DNA from: an uncultured Bacteroidales bacterium | Lineage (GTDB): Bacteria; Bacteroidota; Bacteroidia; Bacteroidales; UBA3663 | Length of the DNA: 63,946 bases | Assembly (NCBI GenBank): GCA_902779265.1 | Contig: CACZAY010000006.1 | Location: 1 to 63,946, forward strand | Reading direction: 5' to 3' | Part shown: in pieces, positions 10,268-18,464 of the stretch | How the letters are laid out: each line of letters starts with the position of its first letter | Numbering within the stretch: the stretch's first letter is position 1 | Notes under the pieces: model-generated | Seen by the model: the letters and a program-made list of their open reading frames with translations, nothing else | The model's database searches: none | Told to the model about the DNA's origin: nothing | Position numbers and translations under genes: made by a program

Positions 10268-10426
10268 TCACTCCACCCGAATGATGTAGGTCTGGATGTG
10301 GCCCAGGTCCAGCAGTGCCTTCGCGTAGGCGCGCAGCGAGGTCGGCGTCAATGAATCTTGCGCGACGACCGGCGTGATGAGGGCCGATGCCACGAGCAAA
10401 AGGAGCAGTAAACGGAAGTGTTTCAT
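10268..10426 (-). CDS. small (52 aa) putative secreted protein, below the ORF-track length cutoff
   Basis: Hand translation gives MKHFRLLLLLLVASALITPVVAQDSLTPTSLRAYAKALLDLGHIQTYIIRVE*. It has a clear signal peptide and host-like codon bias. Confidence 0.35.
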   Translation of the reverse strand: MKHFRLLLLLLVASALITPVVAQDSLTPTSLRAYAKALLDLGHIQTYIIRVE

Positions 10427-10719
10427 GATGGAATCGGATTGTCTTGTGTTTTCATCCGTCGGCGAAGATAACGCATTGGCCGCACATACACAACTCTTTA
10501 CAGCGAAAATCAGGCAATTTCATCGGCCTATTTTTACCCCCCCCCATTTTGCTATCTACGGATTACAGAATCAAGATATTTTGGGCCGATGGAACTCCAT
10601 TGGCCAACATCAAAAGCGGCATGGTTTCGACCCCAAACGGACAAAAAACGGCCCGACTCTTGGCCAAATCGAAAAAAGTGAGTATTTTTGTGGCCGATAA
10701 CCCTTAACCATCCAGAAAA

Positions 10720-11226
10720 ATGAAAAACTTCATCCTCCTCATCGCACTTTCGATGCTCATCGGCCTGGACAGCTGGGCCCAGAGCAGCAACGCCATTGGC
10801 CAAGAACCCCGACTCACCTACGTCATGGAACTGAAAGTGACCTGCGACGCACCCTTCTCCTGCGGCAAGACATCGCGCGGCGAACGGGTCGTCATCCCCA
10901 TCACGGGCGGCACCTTCGAGGGACCAGAACTGCGCGGCACAGTCTTGAGCGGAGGCGCTGACTATCAATACGTTGACCCACAGACGCGGCGCACAGAACT
11001 GGAGGCCATCTACTGCATCCGCACGGACGACGGCGTCAGCATTCACGTGCGCAACTGCGGTATTCTGTGTATGGCCAATGGCGCTGCGCAGCCCTATTTC
11101 CGCACCGCGCCACGATTTGAAGCCCCACGCGACAGCCGCTACAACTGGCTGAATGACGCCGTTTTCATCTGCGTTCCCGCTGTGGCCGATGGCTACATCT
11201 CGCTCAAAGTCTGGAAAGTGGAGTAA
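10720..11226 (+). CDS. DUF3237-family secreted protein
   Basis: Signal peptide, then ..GERVVIPITGGTFEGPELRGTVLSGGADYQ.. typical of DUF3237/UPF0311. A TAttTTTG box lies about 30 nt upstream. Confidence 0.7.
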   Translation: MKNFILLIALSMLIGLDSWAQSSNAIGQEPRLTYVMELKVTCDAPFSCGKTSRGERVVIPITGGTFEGPELRGTVLSGGADYQYVDPQTRRTELEAIYCIRTDDGVSIHVRNCGILCMANGAAQPYFRTAPRFEAPRDSRYNWLNDAVFICVPAVADGYISLKVWKVE

Positions 11227-11378
11227 TGGCCAATGCCCCTCTCACAAAACAAAAGTTCCGCAAGCCACTGACTTGCGGAACTTTCCGTTTCTACCAGGAG
11301 AGAGAAAATCGTCGACAAATCCAGCAAACGTCCCTTTCACTTCCCTTTTCACTCCCCTTAATTTCCCTTATCTTCCCT

Positions 11379-12215
11379 TCATTCCTCAATCGCATCCTTC
11401 AGGACGAGGCCGGCAAGCATGAAGCCGAAGATGGCCGTGATGTGGGCCAATGTTCCATTGATCTGCGCCTTCGACGAACACCACTCGTGATTCAGCAGCG
11501 AGGGGTCGCCCGGTCCGACCTTGGCCTTGGGACACATACACTGCTCCGTGCCGCAGGTCGCATTGTGCCCCTTGTTGGTGAGCAGCTCGTCCGAATAGAC
11601 ACACTGGAACTTACGCTTCGGGAACTGCTTGTCACGCTTGAACCGGTTGCGCAGGGCGCGGGCCAACGGATCGCCCGTCACATGCCAGAATTCGGCCACC
11701 TTGATGCGCGTCGGGTCAAGTTTGAGCGCCGCGCCCATCGACGAGAAGAAGCGCACACCTCGGGCCGCCGTTGCCATCTGGATCAGCAGGGCCTTGTCCT
11801 TGAGCGAGTCGATGGCATCGATGACATAGTCGTAGTCCTCGATATGGAACGAGGCGGCCGTCTCCTCGGTGAAGATCTGTTGCAGGGCGGTGATTTCGGC
11901 CGATGGATTGATGCTCAACAGCCGCTCGCGCAGGGCATCGACCTTGACCTGGCCGATGGTCTGCGTCGTAGCCATGAGCTGACGGTTCACGTTGGTGATG
12001 CAGACACGGTCGGAATCGACAATCGTGAGATGGCGGATGCCACTGCGCACGAGGCTCTCAGCGCACCACGACCCGACGCCGCCCACGCCGAAGATGATGA
12101 CCCGCTTCGACAGGATGCGGCCGTGCGCCTCGTTGCCAATGAGCAGTTCCGTACGGCGGAAGATGGCCTGTTCCATCGTAGTACGCGGACGCGTGGATGA
12201 GTTGTTTTCTTGCAT
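11379..12215 (-). CDS. tcdA: tRNA threonylcarbamoyladenosine dehydratase (ThiF/MoeB superfamily)
   Basis: ..VIIFGVGGVGSWCAESLVRSGIRHLTIVDSDRVCITNVNRQ.. is present. The ATG at 12215 follows a TAccTTTG box. Confidence 0.85.
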   Translation of the reverse strand: MQENNSSTRPRTTMEQAIFRRTELLIGNEAHGRILSKRVIIFGVGGVGSWCAESLVRSGIRHLTIVDSDRVCITNVNRQLMATTQTIGQVKVDALRERLLSINPSAEITALQQIFTEETAASFHIEDYDYVIDAIDSLKDKALLIQMATAARGVRFFSSMGAALKLDPTRIKVAEFWHVTGDPLARALRNRFKRDKQFPKRKFQCVYSDELLTNKGHNATCGTEQCMCPKAKVGPGDPSLLNHEWCSSKAQINGTLAHITAIFGFMLAGLVLKDAIEE

Positions 12216-12245
12216 GTTGGGTGCTGTTTCGTGAAAAATCGGCCG

Positions 12246-12253
12246 CAAAGGTA
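12246..12253 (-). promoter_or_regulatory. -7 promoter box (TAccTTTG) for tcdA
   Basis: The reverse complement of caaaggta matches TAnnTTTG. It lies in a divergent promoter region. Confidence 0.5.
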
Positions 12254-12295
12254 CGCATTTTTTACTGTGTATGAAAGGTTTTCGGGGAAAATCCT

Positions 12296-12303
12296 TACCT
12301 TTG
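12296..12303 (+). promoter_or_regulatory. -7 promoter box (TAccTTTG) for the sulfatase maturase gene
   Basis: tacctttg lies 21 nt upstream of the ATG at 12324. Confidence 0.5.
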
Positions 12304-12323
12304 CCGTCGAAAAAACATCGCAC

Positions 12324-13541
12324 ATGGACACAATCGCCCCTTTCAGTTCTCCGCTCTATGTCATGGCCAAGCCCGCCGGCTCGTCATGCAACCTCGCGTG
12401 CCGCTACTGCTACTATCGCGAGAAGTCGCGGCTCTACGACGGGGCACAGGGCGGCAGCCGGATGATGGCCGATGCCACGCTGGAGAGGTTCATCGGCCAA
12501 TATATCGAGGCCCAGACCACACCGCAGGTGCTCTTCACGTGGCACGGCGGCGAGTCGCTGATGCGCCCCATCGCCTTCTACCAGCGTGCCCTCGAACTGC
12601 AACGCCGCTACGCGCGCGGCCGGCAGGTGGACAACTGCATCCAGACCAACGGCACTCTGCTCAACGACGAGTGGTGCCGCTTCCTGAAGGACAACGGCTT
12701 CCTGGTGGGCATCTCGATCGACGGCCCGCAGGAGTTCCACGACCCGTACCGCCGCGACCGCAAGGGCCGACCCTCGTGGGCCGAGGTGATGCGCGGCATC
12801 GGCCTGCTGGAGAAACATGGGGTCGAGTGGAACGCATTGGCCGTCATCAACAACCTGAACGTGGGCCATCCCGTCGAGTTCTACCGCTTCTTCAAGGGCA
12901 TCGGCTGCCGTTTCCTGCAATTCACGCCCGTGGTGGAGCGCACCGTCACGCGTGCCGATGGACTGACGCTGGCGCCGGGCATGAGCGAGGGCGGCGAGGT
13001 GACGGCGTTTTCGGTGCGGCCGGAGGAGTGGGGCGAGTTCCTGTGCGGCGTGTACGACGAGTGGGTGCGGCGCGACGTGGGGCAGCTCTACGTGCAGCTC
13101 TTTGACGCGACGCTGGCCAATTGGGTGGGCGCGCCGGCCGGCATCTGCACGCTCTCGCCCTCGTGCGGTCATGCGGCAGTGATTGAGGCCAATGGCGACG
13201 TCTATGCCTGCGACCACTTCGTCTATCCCGAATACCAGCTGGGGAACATCGGCCAAAAGACCCTCACCGAGATGATGCTCAGCCCGCAGCAGCGCGACTT
13301 CGGCCGCAGGAAGATTGGAGCCCTGCCACGCCAGTGCCGCGAGTGCGAGTTTCTGCCGGCGTGCTACGGTGAGTGCCCGAAGAACCGTTTCGTGCGCGAC
13401 CGCTACGGCGAACCCGGGCTGAACTACCTGTGTGCGGGCTACCGCAGGTTTTTCGAGCATGTGGCCGGCGATATGGATTTCATGGCCAATGAACTTGCGG
13501 CGCATCGGCCACCCGCCAACATCATGCGCATGAAAAAATGA
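12324..13541 (+). CDS. anaerobic sulfatase-maturating enzyme (radical SAM/SPASM)
   Basis: ..AKPAGSSCNLACRYCYY.. gives the CxxxCxxC cluster. C-terminal Cys-rich SPASM region (..CGHAAVIEANGDVYACDHF.. CRECEFLPACYGECPKNR). Confidence 0.85.
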   Translation: MDTIAPFSSPLYVMAKPAGSSCNLACRYCYYREKSRLYDGAQGGSRMMADATLERFIGQYIEAQTTPQVLFTWHGGESLMRPIAFYQRALELQRRYARGRQVDNCIQTNGTLLNDEWCRFLKDNGFLVGISIDGPQEFHDPYRRDRKGRPSWAEVMRGIGLLEKHGVEWNALAVINNLNVGHPVEFYRFFKGIGCRFLQFTPVVERTVTRADGLTLAPGMSEGGEVTAFSVRPEEWGEFLCGVYDEWVRRDVGQLYVQLFDATLANWVGAPAGICTLSPSCGHAAVIEANGDVYACDHFVYPEYQLGNIGQKTLTEMMLSPQQRDFGRRKIGALPRQCRECEFLPACYGECPKNRFVRDRYGEPGLNYLCAGYRRFFEHVAGDMDFMANELAAHRPPANIMRMKK

Positions 13542-13573
13542 GCCGTTTTCCGCCACAATTGAAATATTTTCGC

Positions 13574-13581
13574 TATCTTTG
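13574..13581 (+). promoter_or_regulatory. -7 promoter box (TAtcTTTG)
   Basis: tatctttg lies 90 nt upstream of the ATG at 13671. The leader contains the TTTCACTTCC-type repeat. Confidence 0.45.
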
Positions 13582-13670
13582 CGTTCTGAAAAGGCCGAGG
13601 GAAGGACAAAAGCGTCGTCCCTGTCACTTCCTTTTCACTTCATTGTCAATTCTGTCAATTCCTTTCAAAA

Positions 13671-15080
13671 ATGCGCCTGCGCCTCCTTCTGACCAGTCTT
13701 CTGTGCTGTCTATGGCCGATGGTCCTCGTCTCCTGTCATGACGAGGACGTCTCCACCAGCCCCAGCGACCAGCCGACGCTCTCGACCGATACGCTCCACA
13801 TAGGCATGCTCCTCACCGACAACAGCAGCCAGACCTACCAGGTGAAGCTCTACAACCGCTGCGGCAGCGACCTGCAGCTCACGTCGGTCTCCCTGCGCGG
13901 CGCATCGGCCAGCCACTTCCGCATGAACGTCGATGGCATGAAAGGGACGGCGTTCACCCACAGCGACCTGCTCCGCATCGCACGCGGCGACTCGATGTTC
14001 ATCTTCGTCGAGGCCACATTCCCGAGCGAAGGCACATCGGCCACCACCCTCCACACCGACTACATCGACGTGGAGTGCAACCGGCGCACGCAGACCATCG
14101 TCCTCGATGCCGAGAGCAAGGACGTCGTGAAACTGCGCGGGATGGTCTTGGCCAATGACGCGACATGGGCCCACGGCACCGAAGTGCAGATCTACGACAG
14201 CCTGGTCATCCCACGCGGCGTGACACTCGCCATCGGCGACAGCTCGACGCTCTACCTGCACGATAAGGCCGAAATCCTCGTGCGCGGCACGTTGCGCTGC
14301 GAGGGGACATTGGCCAACCCCGTCATCCTGCGCGGCGACCGCACGGACCGGATGTTCGACAACCTGCCCTACGACAACCTGCCGTCCCAGTGGGGCGCAC
14401 TCCGCATCGACAGCACGGCCCACGGCTGCCTCTTCCGCCACACCGACATCCACGGCCTGGCCGACGGCATCGTGATCGACTCGACCGATGTCACGTTCGA
14501 CGCCTGCCGCCTGAAGAACAGCGACGGCGACCTCGTGTCCAGCCGTATGGCGCGGCTCACCCTGCGCAACTGCGAACTGAGCAATGCGGCCGGTGCCCTG
14601 CTGAACATCTGCGGCGGGTGGAACGAGGTGACGCACTGCACATTGGCCAACTACAACTTCGCCGCCGTCGTGACGCGCCCCGCGCTCTGTCTGGATAATT
14701 TCTCGGCCGATAGCGAACGAGTGCAGCCACTCCACGAGTGCACCATTCGCAACACACTCATCTGGGGCCGATGGAATGATCCTGACGTCAGCCTCCCGGA
14801 GAAAACGGCATTGGCCGGCGACATCACCCGATACCGCTTCGACCACTGCCTGCTGTTGGCCGATGGCACGGACGACGACAAATTCATCTCCACGGTGTGG
14901 AACCAGGATCCGCTCTTCGCCGTGACCGATGTGGAGAACTACACGTTCGACTTCCACGTGCAGGAGGGCTCGCCGGCCATCGGTGCGGGTGCGGCCGACA
15001 GCACCGGCATCTGTCCCACCGACCTCGACGGCAAGATGCGCGCGTCCGATGCGCCGACCATCGGGTGCTATGAATATTGA
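13671..15080 (+). CDS. lipoprotein with right-handed beta-helix-like repeats
   Basis: Lipobox ..MVLVSC. Repetitive ..C.L.N..G.. segments (FDACRLKNSDGD, LRNCELSNAAGA, THCTLANYNF) suggest a pectate-lyase-fold repeat. Confidence 0.6.
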   Translation: MRLRLLLTSLLCCLWPMVLVSCHDEDVSTSPSDQPTLSTDTLHIGMLLTDNSSQTYQVKLYNRCGSDLQLTSVSLRGASASHFRMNVDGMKGTAFTHSDLLRIARGDSMFIFVEATFPSEGTSATTLHTDYIDVECNRRTQTIVLDAESKDVVKLRGMVLANDATWAHGTEVQIYDSLVIPRGVTLAIGDSSTLYLHDKAEILVRGTLRCEGTLANPVILRGDRTDRMFDNLPYDNLPSQWGALRIDSTAHGCLFRHTDIHGLADGIVIDSTDVTFDACRLKNSDGDLVSSRMARLTLRNCELSNAAGALLNICGGWNEVTHCTLANYNFAAVVTRPALCLDNFSADSERVQPLHECTIRNTLIWGRWNDPDVSLPEKTALAGDITRYRFDHCLLLADGTDDDKFISTVWNQDPLFAVTDVENYTFDFHVQEGSPAIGAGAADSTGICPTDLDGKMRASDAPTIGCYEY

Positions 15081-15140
15081 AGACGGCCCCACCCCCGACC
15101 CCTCCACAAGGGAGGGGAGTAGTCAGCTCATACGGATACA

Positions 15141-15267
15141 CATCGGTTTTCGTGTTTTTCGTGGTTAAATCCATCGGCCAAAAATATTTTCGTGTTTTTC
15201 GTGCATTTCGTGGTTAAATCACATCGGCCAAAAACATTTTCGTGTTTTTCGTGCCTTTCGTGGTTAC
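15141..15267. repeat. about 2.5 tandem copies of a ~50-bp unit (CATCGGCCAAAAAyATTTTCGTGTTTTTCGTGCnTTTCGTGGTTAAATC)
   Basis: Direct reading: units start at 15141 (short), 15172 and 15222. They lie between the beta-helix gene and the aminopeptidase gene. Confidence 0.8.
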
Positions 15268-15310
15268 AAAAAATAAAGTGGTTACATAAATTCATAAAAA
15301 TATATAAAAT

Positions 15311-16732
15311 ATGGCAACATTTCCGAAACAAACCTACGTCGAGCGCCGTGAGCGCCTGGCCAAGACACTGGGCAGCGGCCTGCTGCTCTTCCTGGGCAAC
15401 AACGTCGCCTCGATGAACTACCGCGACAACAACTATCCGTTCCGTCAGGACAGCACGTTCCTCTACCTCTTCGGTCTGGACTACGAGGGTCTGGCCGCCG
15501 TCATCGACATCGACAATGCGCGCACCATCGTCTTCGGCGACGAACTGACCATCGACGACATCGTCTGGACCGGCCCGCAGCCCACATTGGCCGAAAAGGC
15601 AGCCAGCATCGGCGTGAGCGAAACAAGGCCATTGGCCGAACTGGAGAAGTATGTGGCCAATGCCATTGGCCAACACCAGCCCATCCACTTCATCCCGCCC
15701 TACCGCGCCGACACGCTGCTGTGGATTCAGGACCTGCTGGGCGTCAAGGTGGGCGGACTGGCCGGAGACGCCTTCGTGCGGCCTATGGAGGTCGCTGTGC
15801 CCTCGCTCCAGCTGGGCTATGCATTGGCCGACATGCGCAACCACAAGAGCGACGAGGAGGTGGCCGAGATTGCACGCGCCATCGACGTCACCGTCGCGAT
15901 GCACGAGACGGCCATGCGCATCGTGCGCCCCGGAATGCACGAACGCGACATCAACGCGGCCGTGATGCAGGTGGCATTGGCCAATGGCTATTTCTACTCC
16001 TTCCCGACCATCGCCACAAGCCACGGCGAGACACTCCACAACCACGGCTATGTCCACACGTTGCAGGACGGCGACATGCTCCTGCTCGATGCCGGCGCCG
16101 AGAGCCTGGGCCACTACGCCGGCGACTGCACATCGACGATGCCCGTTGGCCAAAACTATACAGCCCGCCAGCGCGAGGTCTATGACATCCTCTACGGGAC
16201 CTACGACGCCATCACGCGCATGATCCGCCCCGGCGTCACCTACACCGAGTGCCATGTCCAGGCCTGGGCCCACATTGCCGAGGGTCTGAAGCAGCTCGGC
16301 CTCATGCAGGGCGACCCGATGGAGGCGGCCAATGCAGGTGCCGTCGCGCTCTTCATGCCCCACGGACTGGGTCACATGATGGGACTCGACGTCCATGACA
16401 TGGAGAACTACGGCGAGGTCTATGTCGGCTATCCGCGCGGCGTGCAGAAGGACACCCGCTTCGGCTTCGCAGCCCTGCGCCTGGGCCGCGCCCTCGAACC
16501 CGGCTTCGTCTTCACCGTCGAGCCCGGCATCTACTTCATCCCCGAGCTCATCGACCAGTGGCGCGCCGCCGGCAAATTCCGCGAGTTCATCAACTACGAT
16601 CGCCTGGAGGCCTACCGCGACTTCGGCGGCATCCGCAACGAGGAGGACTGGCTCATCACGGCCAACGGTGCACGCCGCGTGGGCCGCAAGAAACCGGGCA
16701 GCGTGGAGGAAATCCTGGCCATGAAGGGATAG
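15311..16732 (+). CDS. aminopeptidase P family protein (M24B Xaa-Pro aminopeptidase)
   Basis: ..DINAAVMQVALANGY..LLLDAGAE..FMPHGLGHMMGLDVHD..FTVEPGIYF.. shows the M24 metal-ligand pattern. Confidence 0.85.
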   Translation: MATFPKQTYVERRERLAKTLGSGLLLFLGNNVASMNYRDNNYPFRQDSTFLYLFGLDYEGLAAVIDIDNARTIVFGDELTIDDIVWTGPQPTLAEKAASIGVSETRPLAELEKYVANAIGQHQPIHFIPPYRADTLLWIQDLLGVKVGGLAGDAFVRPMEVAVPSLQLGYALADMRNHKSDEEVAEIARAIDVTVAMHETAMRIVRPGMHERDINAAVMQVALANGYFYSFPTIATSHGETLHNHGYVHTLQDGDMLLLDAGAESLGHYAGDCTSTMPVGQNYTARQREVYDILYGTYDAITRMIRPGVTYTECHVQAWAHIAEGLKQLGLMQGDPMEAANAGAVALFMPHGLGHMMGLDVHDMENYGEVYVGYPRGVQKDTRFGFAALRLGRALEPGFVFTVEPGIYFIPELIDQWRAAGKFREFINYDRLEAYRDFGGIRNEEDWLITANGARRVGRKKPGSVEEILAMKG

Positions 16733-16741
16733 ACATTGGCC

Positions 16742-16801
16742 AAAATCTCCCTCATTGAGGGACAAAATCACCAAAAAATCTCCCTCATTGAGGGATTTTT
16801 T
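16742..16801 (+). terminator. two direct copies of AAAATCTCCCTCATTGAGGGA (hairpin TCCCTCA/TGAGGGA); the second is followed by a T-run
   Basis: Copies at 16742-16762 and 16775-16795, then TTTTTT. They begin 10 nt after the aminopeptidase stop. Confidence 0.7.
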
Positions 16802-16922
16802 CCATCGTCCACATCCGTACCATAGGGACAAAATCGCTTATTGCGGTAAGCGATTTTCAAACAAAAAAGGTCACTGCGTTAAGCGAAATTCAACGGAAAT
16901 CGCTCAATGAAGTGACCTTTTT

Positions 16923-17040
16923 TGTAAAATAAGACAATGAAAAGTGATGAAATTTGCAAAATAAGACAATGAAAGCAGCCAAAAAGTGTAAAATAAGACA
17001 ATAAAATGGTCTGAAATTTGTAAAATAAGACAACCACCGC
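16923..17040. repeat. four tandem direct repeats with an exact 32-bp period (conserved TGyAAAATAAGACAA core)
   Basis: Copies start at 16923, 16955, 16987 and 17019. They abut the TAtcTTTG box of the ATPase gene. Confidence 0.85.
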
Positions 17041-17048
17041 TATCTTTG
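17041..17048 (+). promoter_or_regulatory. -7 promoter box (TAtcTTTG) for the AAA ATPase gene
   Basis: tatctttg lies 24 nt upstream of the ATG at 17072. Confidence 0.5.
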
Positions 17049-17071
17049 TACCCAAAAATAATGAAGAATCC

Positions 17072-18373
17072 ATGAAACAAAACAAAGAAATAAGAGCAAT
17101 AGACAAAAGACAACTTGAACAGATTTTTTCCGACCAACAGGAGGAGCTACAAGACAAACGTTCAAAATACTTTTGTACACGCAAGGAAACAAATCTGATA
17201 GACTTGAGCAGCCCCCAGGCCCAGGTAGTCATTGGTGTCAGGCGTAGTGGAAAATCAACGATGTGCTTTCAAGCGCTTGAAAAAGCGGGAGTGACCTATG
17301 CTTATGCCAACTTTGATGATGAACACCTGATTGGCATGAGTTCGGACCAGCTGAATGACGTTCTGGAAGTTCTGTATAAAATATACGGCAATTTCTCCTA
17401 TCTATTTCTCGATGAAATTCAAGACATAGAGGGATGGCATCTGTTCGTAAACAGGTTATTAAGGAAAAATATCCACATCATTATAACAGGGTCCAATGCA
17501 AATCTTCTCAGTTCGGAACTTGCAACCTACCTGACAGGAAGAAACAAAGAAATCAATTTATATCCGTTCTCTTTTTCCGAGTATTGTGAATTGAAAAAAG
17601 TTGATCAAGTCAGCATTTCGACCAAAGCTGAGGCTTTTCGAAGAGCAGTATTCGACGATTACTTGAAGGGTGGCGGTTTTCCAGAAAAATTCGCCATGGC
17701 AGACAGTTCTTCATACGTTTCGGGGTTAGTCAAGAACATTCTTGTCCGAGATATCGAACAACGGCATGGAATAACGTGGACTGATGCCTTTGAACGTATG
17801 GCAAACCATCTGCTGAACATCTCTCCGGCAATTGTCAACATCCCCGACTTGGCCGAATTGTTTGGATTCAAGTCGAATGCGACAATACGTAACTACATCA
17901 AATATCTGAAGGATTCATTTGTGCTTATCGAAGTACAGAAATTCTCACCCAAGAGCCGCCAACGTGTCACGCAAGAAAAAGTATATGCAGTGGATGTTGC
18001 CATGATGGACGAACGAGAAAATGCATTCGCCGGTGAAAACCTCGGCTGGAGATTGGAGACTATCGTACTGATTGAATTGAAAAGGCGCTGCAAGTTGAGC
18101 GGACTTGACGTTTACTATCTGGCGGACAGATCTTACGAATGTGATTTTGTCCTGTGCAAAGGAAATGTCATCCAACAGGCCATACAGGTTGCATACGACA
18201 TCTCATCGGACAAAACCAGAAAGAGAGAAATAAACGGATTGCTTGCCGCCGCAAAAAAATCAGGCTGTAAGGACCTGCTTCTTTTGACCGACCATCATTT
18301 CGAAGACCTTAAAATCGGAGATCTCGACATCAGGATTAGACCTGTATATAACTGGTGCATCGGCATAGAATAA
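17072..18373 (+). CDS. AAA-family ATPase with C-terminal DUF4143 (AAA_14 + DUF4143 architecture)
   Basis: Walker A VVIGVRRSGKST; Walker B YLFLDEIQDIEGW; C-terminal ..YECDFVLCKG.. is a PD-(D/E)xK-like signature. Low G+C compared with the neighbours. Confidence 0.85.
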   Translation: MKQNKEIRAIDKRQLEQIFSDQQEELQDKRSKYFCTRKETNLIDLSSPQAQVVIGVRRSGKSTMCFQALEKAGVTYAYANFDDEHLIGMSSDQLNDVLEVLYKIYGNFSYLFLDEIQDIEGWHLFVNRLLRKNIHIIITGSNANLLSSELATYLTGRNKEINLYPFSFSEYCELKKVDQVSISTKAEAFRRAVFDDYLKGGGFPEKFAMADSSSYVSGLVKNILVRDIEQRHGITWTDAFERMANHLLNISPAIVNIPDLAELFGFKSNATIRNYIKYLKDSFVLIEVQKFSPKSRQRVTQEKVYAVDVAMMDERENAFAGENLGWRLETIVLIELKRRCKLSGLDVYYLADRSYECDFVLCKGNVIQQAIQVAYDISSDKTRKREINGLLAAAKKSGCKDLLLLTDHHFEDLKIGDLDIRIRPVYNWCIGIE

Positions 18374-18387
18374 CCCCCCAAAAAACA

Positions 18388-18425
18388 ATTCCGCCGTCAA
18401 CCCAATCCAGAGTTGGCGGCGGAAT
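18388..18425. terminator. hairpin terminator (T-run on the minus strand, so it probably serves the DUF5107 gene; possibly bidirectional)
   Basis: ATTCCGCCGTCAAC .. GTTGGCGGCGGAAT stem, preceded by an AAAAAA run on the plus strand. Confidence 0.55.
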
Positions 18426-18464
18426 CGCGTGTATAGTTGTGTTTTATTGGCCAATGCCCTTTGC

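Noticed and set aside
10374-10707. ORFs of 108 and 87 aa in the 10.4-10.7 kb spacer, and ORFs at 33097-33408 in the 33.1-33.4 kb spacer.
   Set aside because: Their translations are irregular, rich in rare residues, cross palindrome copies and promoter boxes, and have no signal peptide or domain features.
16923-17040. A possible CRISPR array, given the regular 32-bp periodicity.
   Set aside because: There are only four units. The variable part is about 12 bp, far too short for spacers. There are no cas genes, and the array abuts a promoter. It is better explained as phased binding-site or iteron-like repeats.
16802-18446. Calling the ATPase patch, the toxin-antitoxin patch (26547-27400) or the terminal block (58505-63946) a mobile element.
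   Set aside because: I could not find an integrase, transposase, relaxase, tRNA attachment site or terminal direct or inverted repeats. Only composition and motif depletion suggest foreign origin, so they are reported as findings rather than as mobile_element features.
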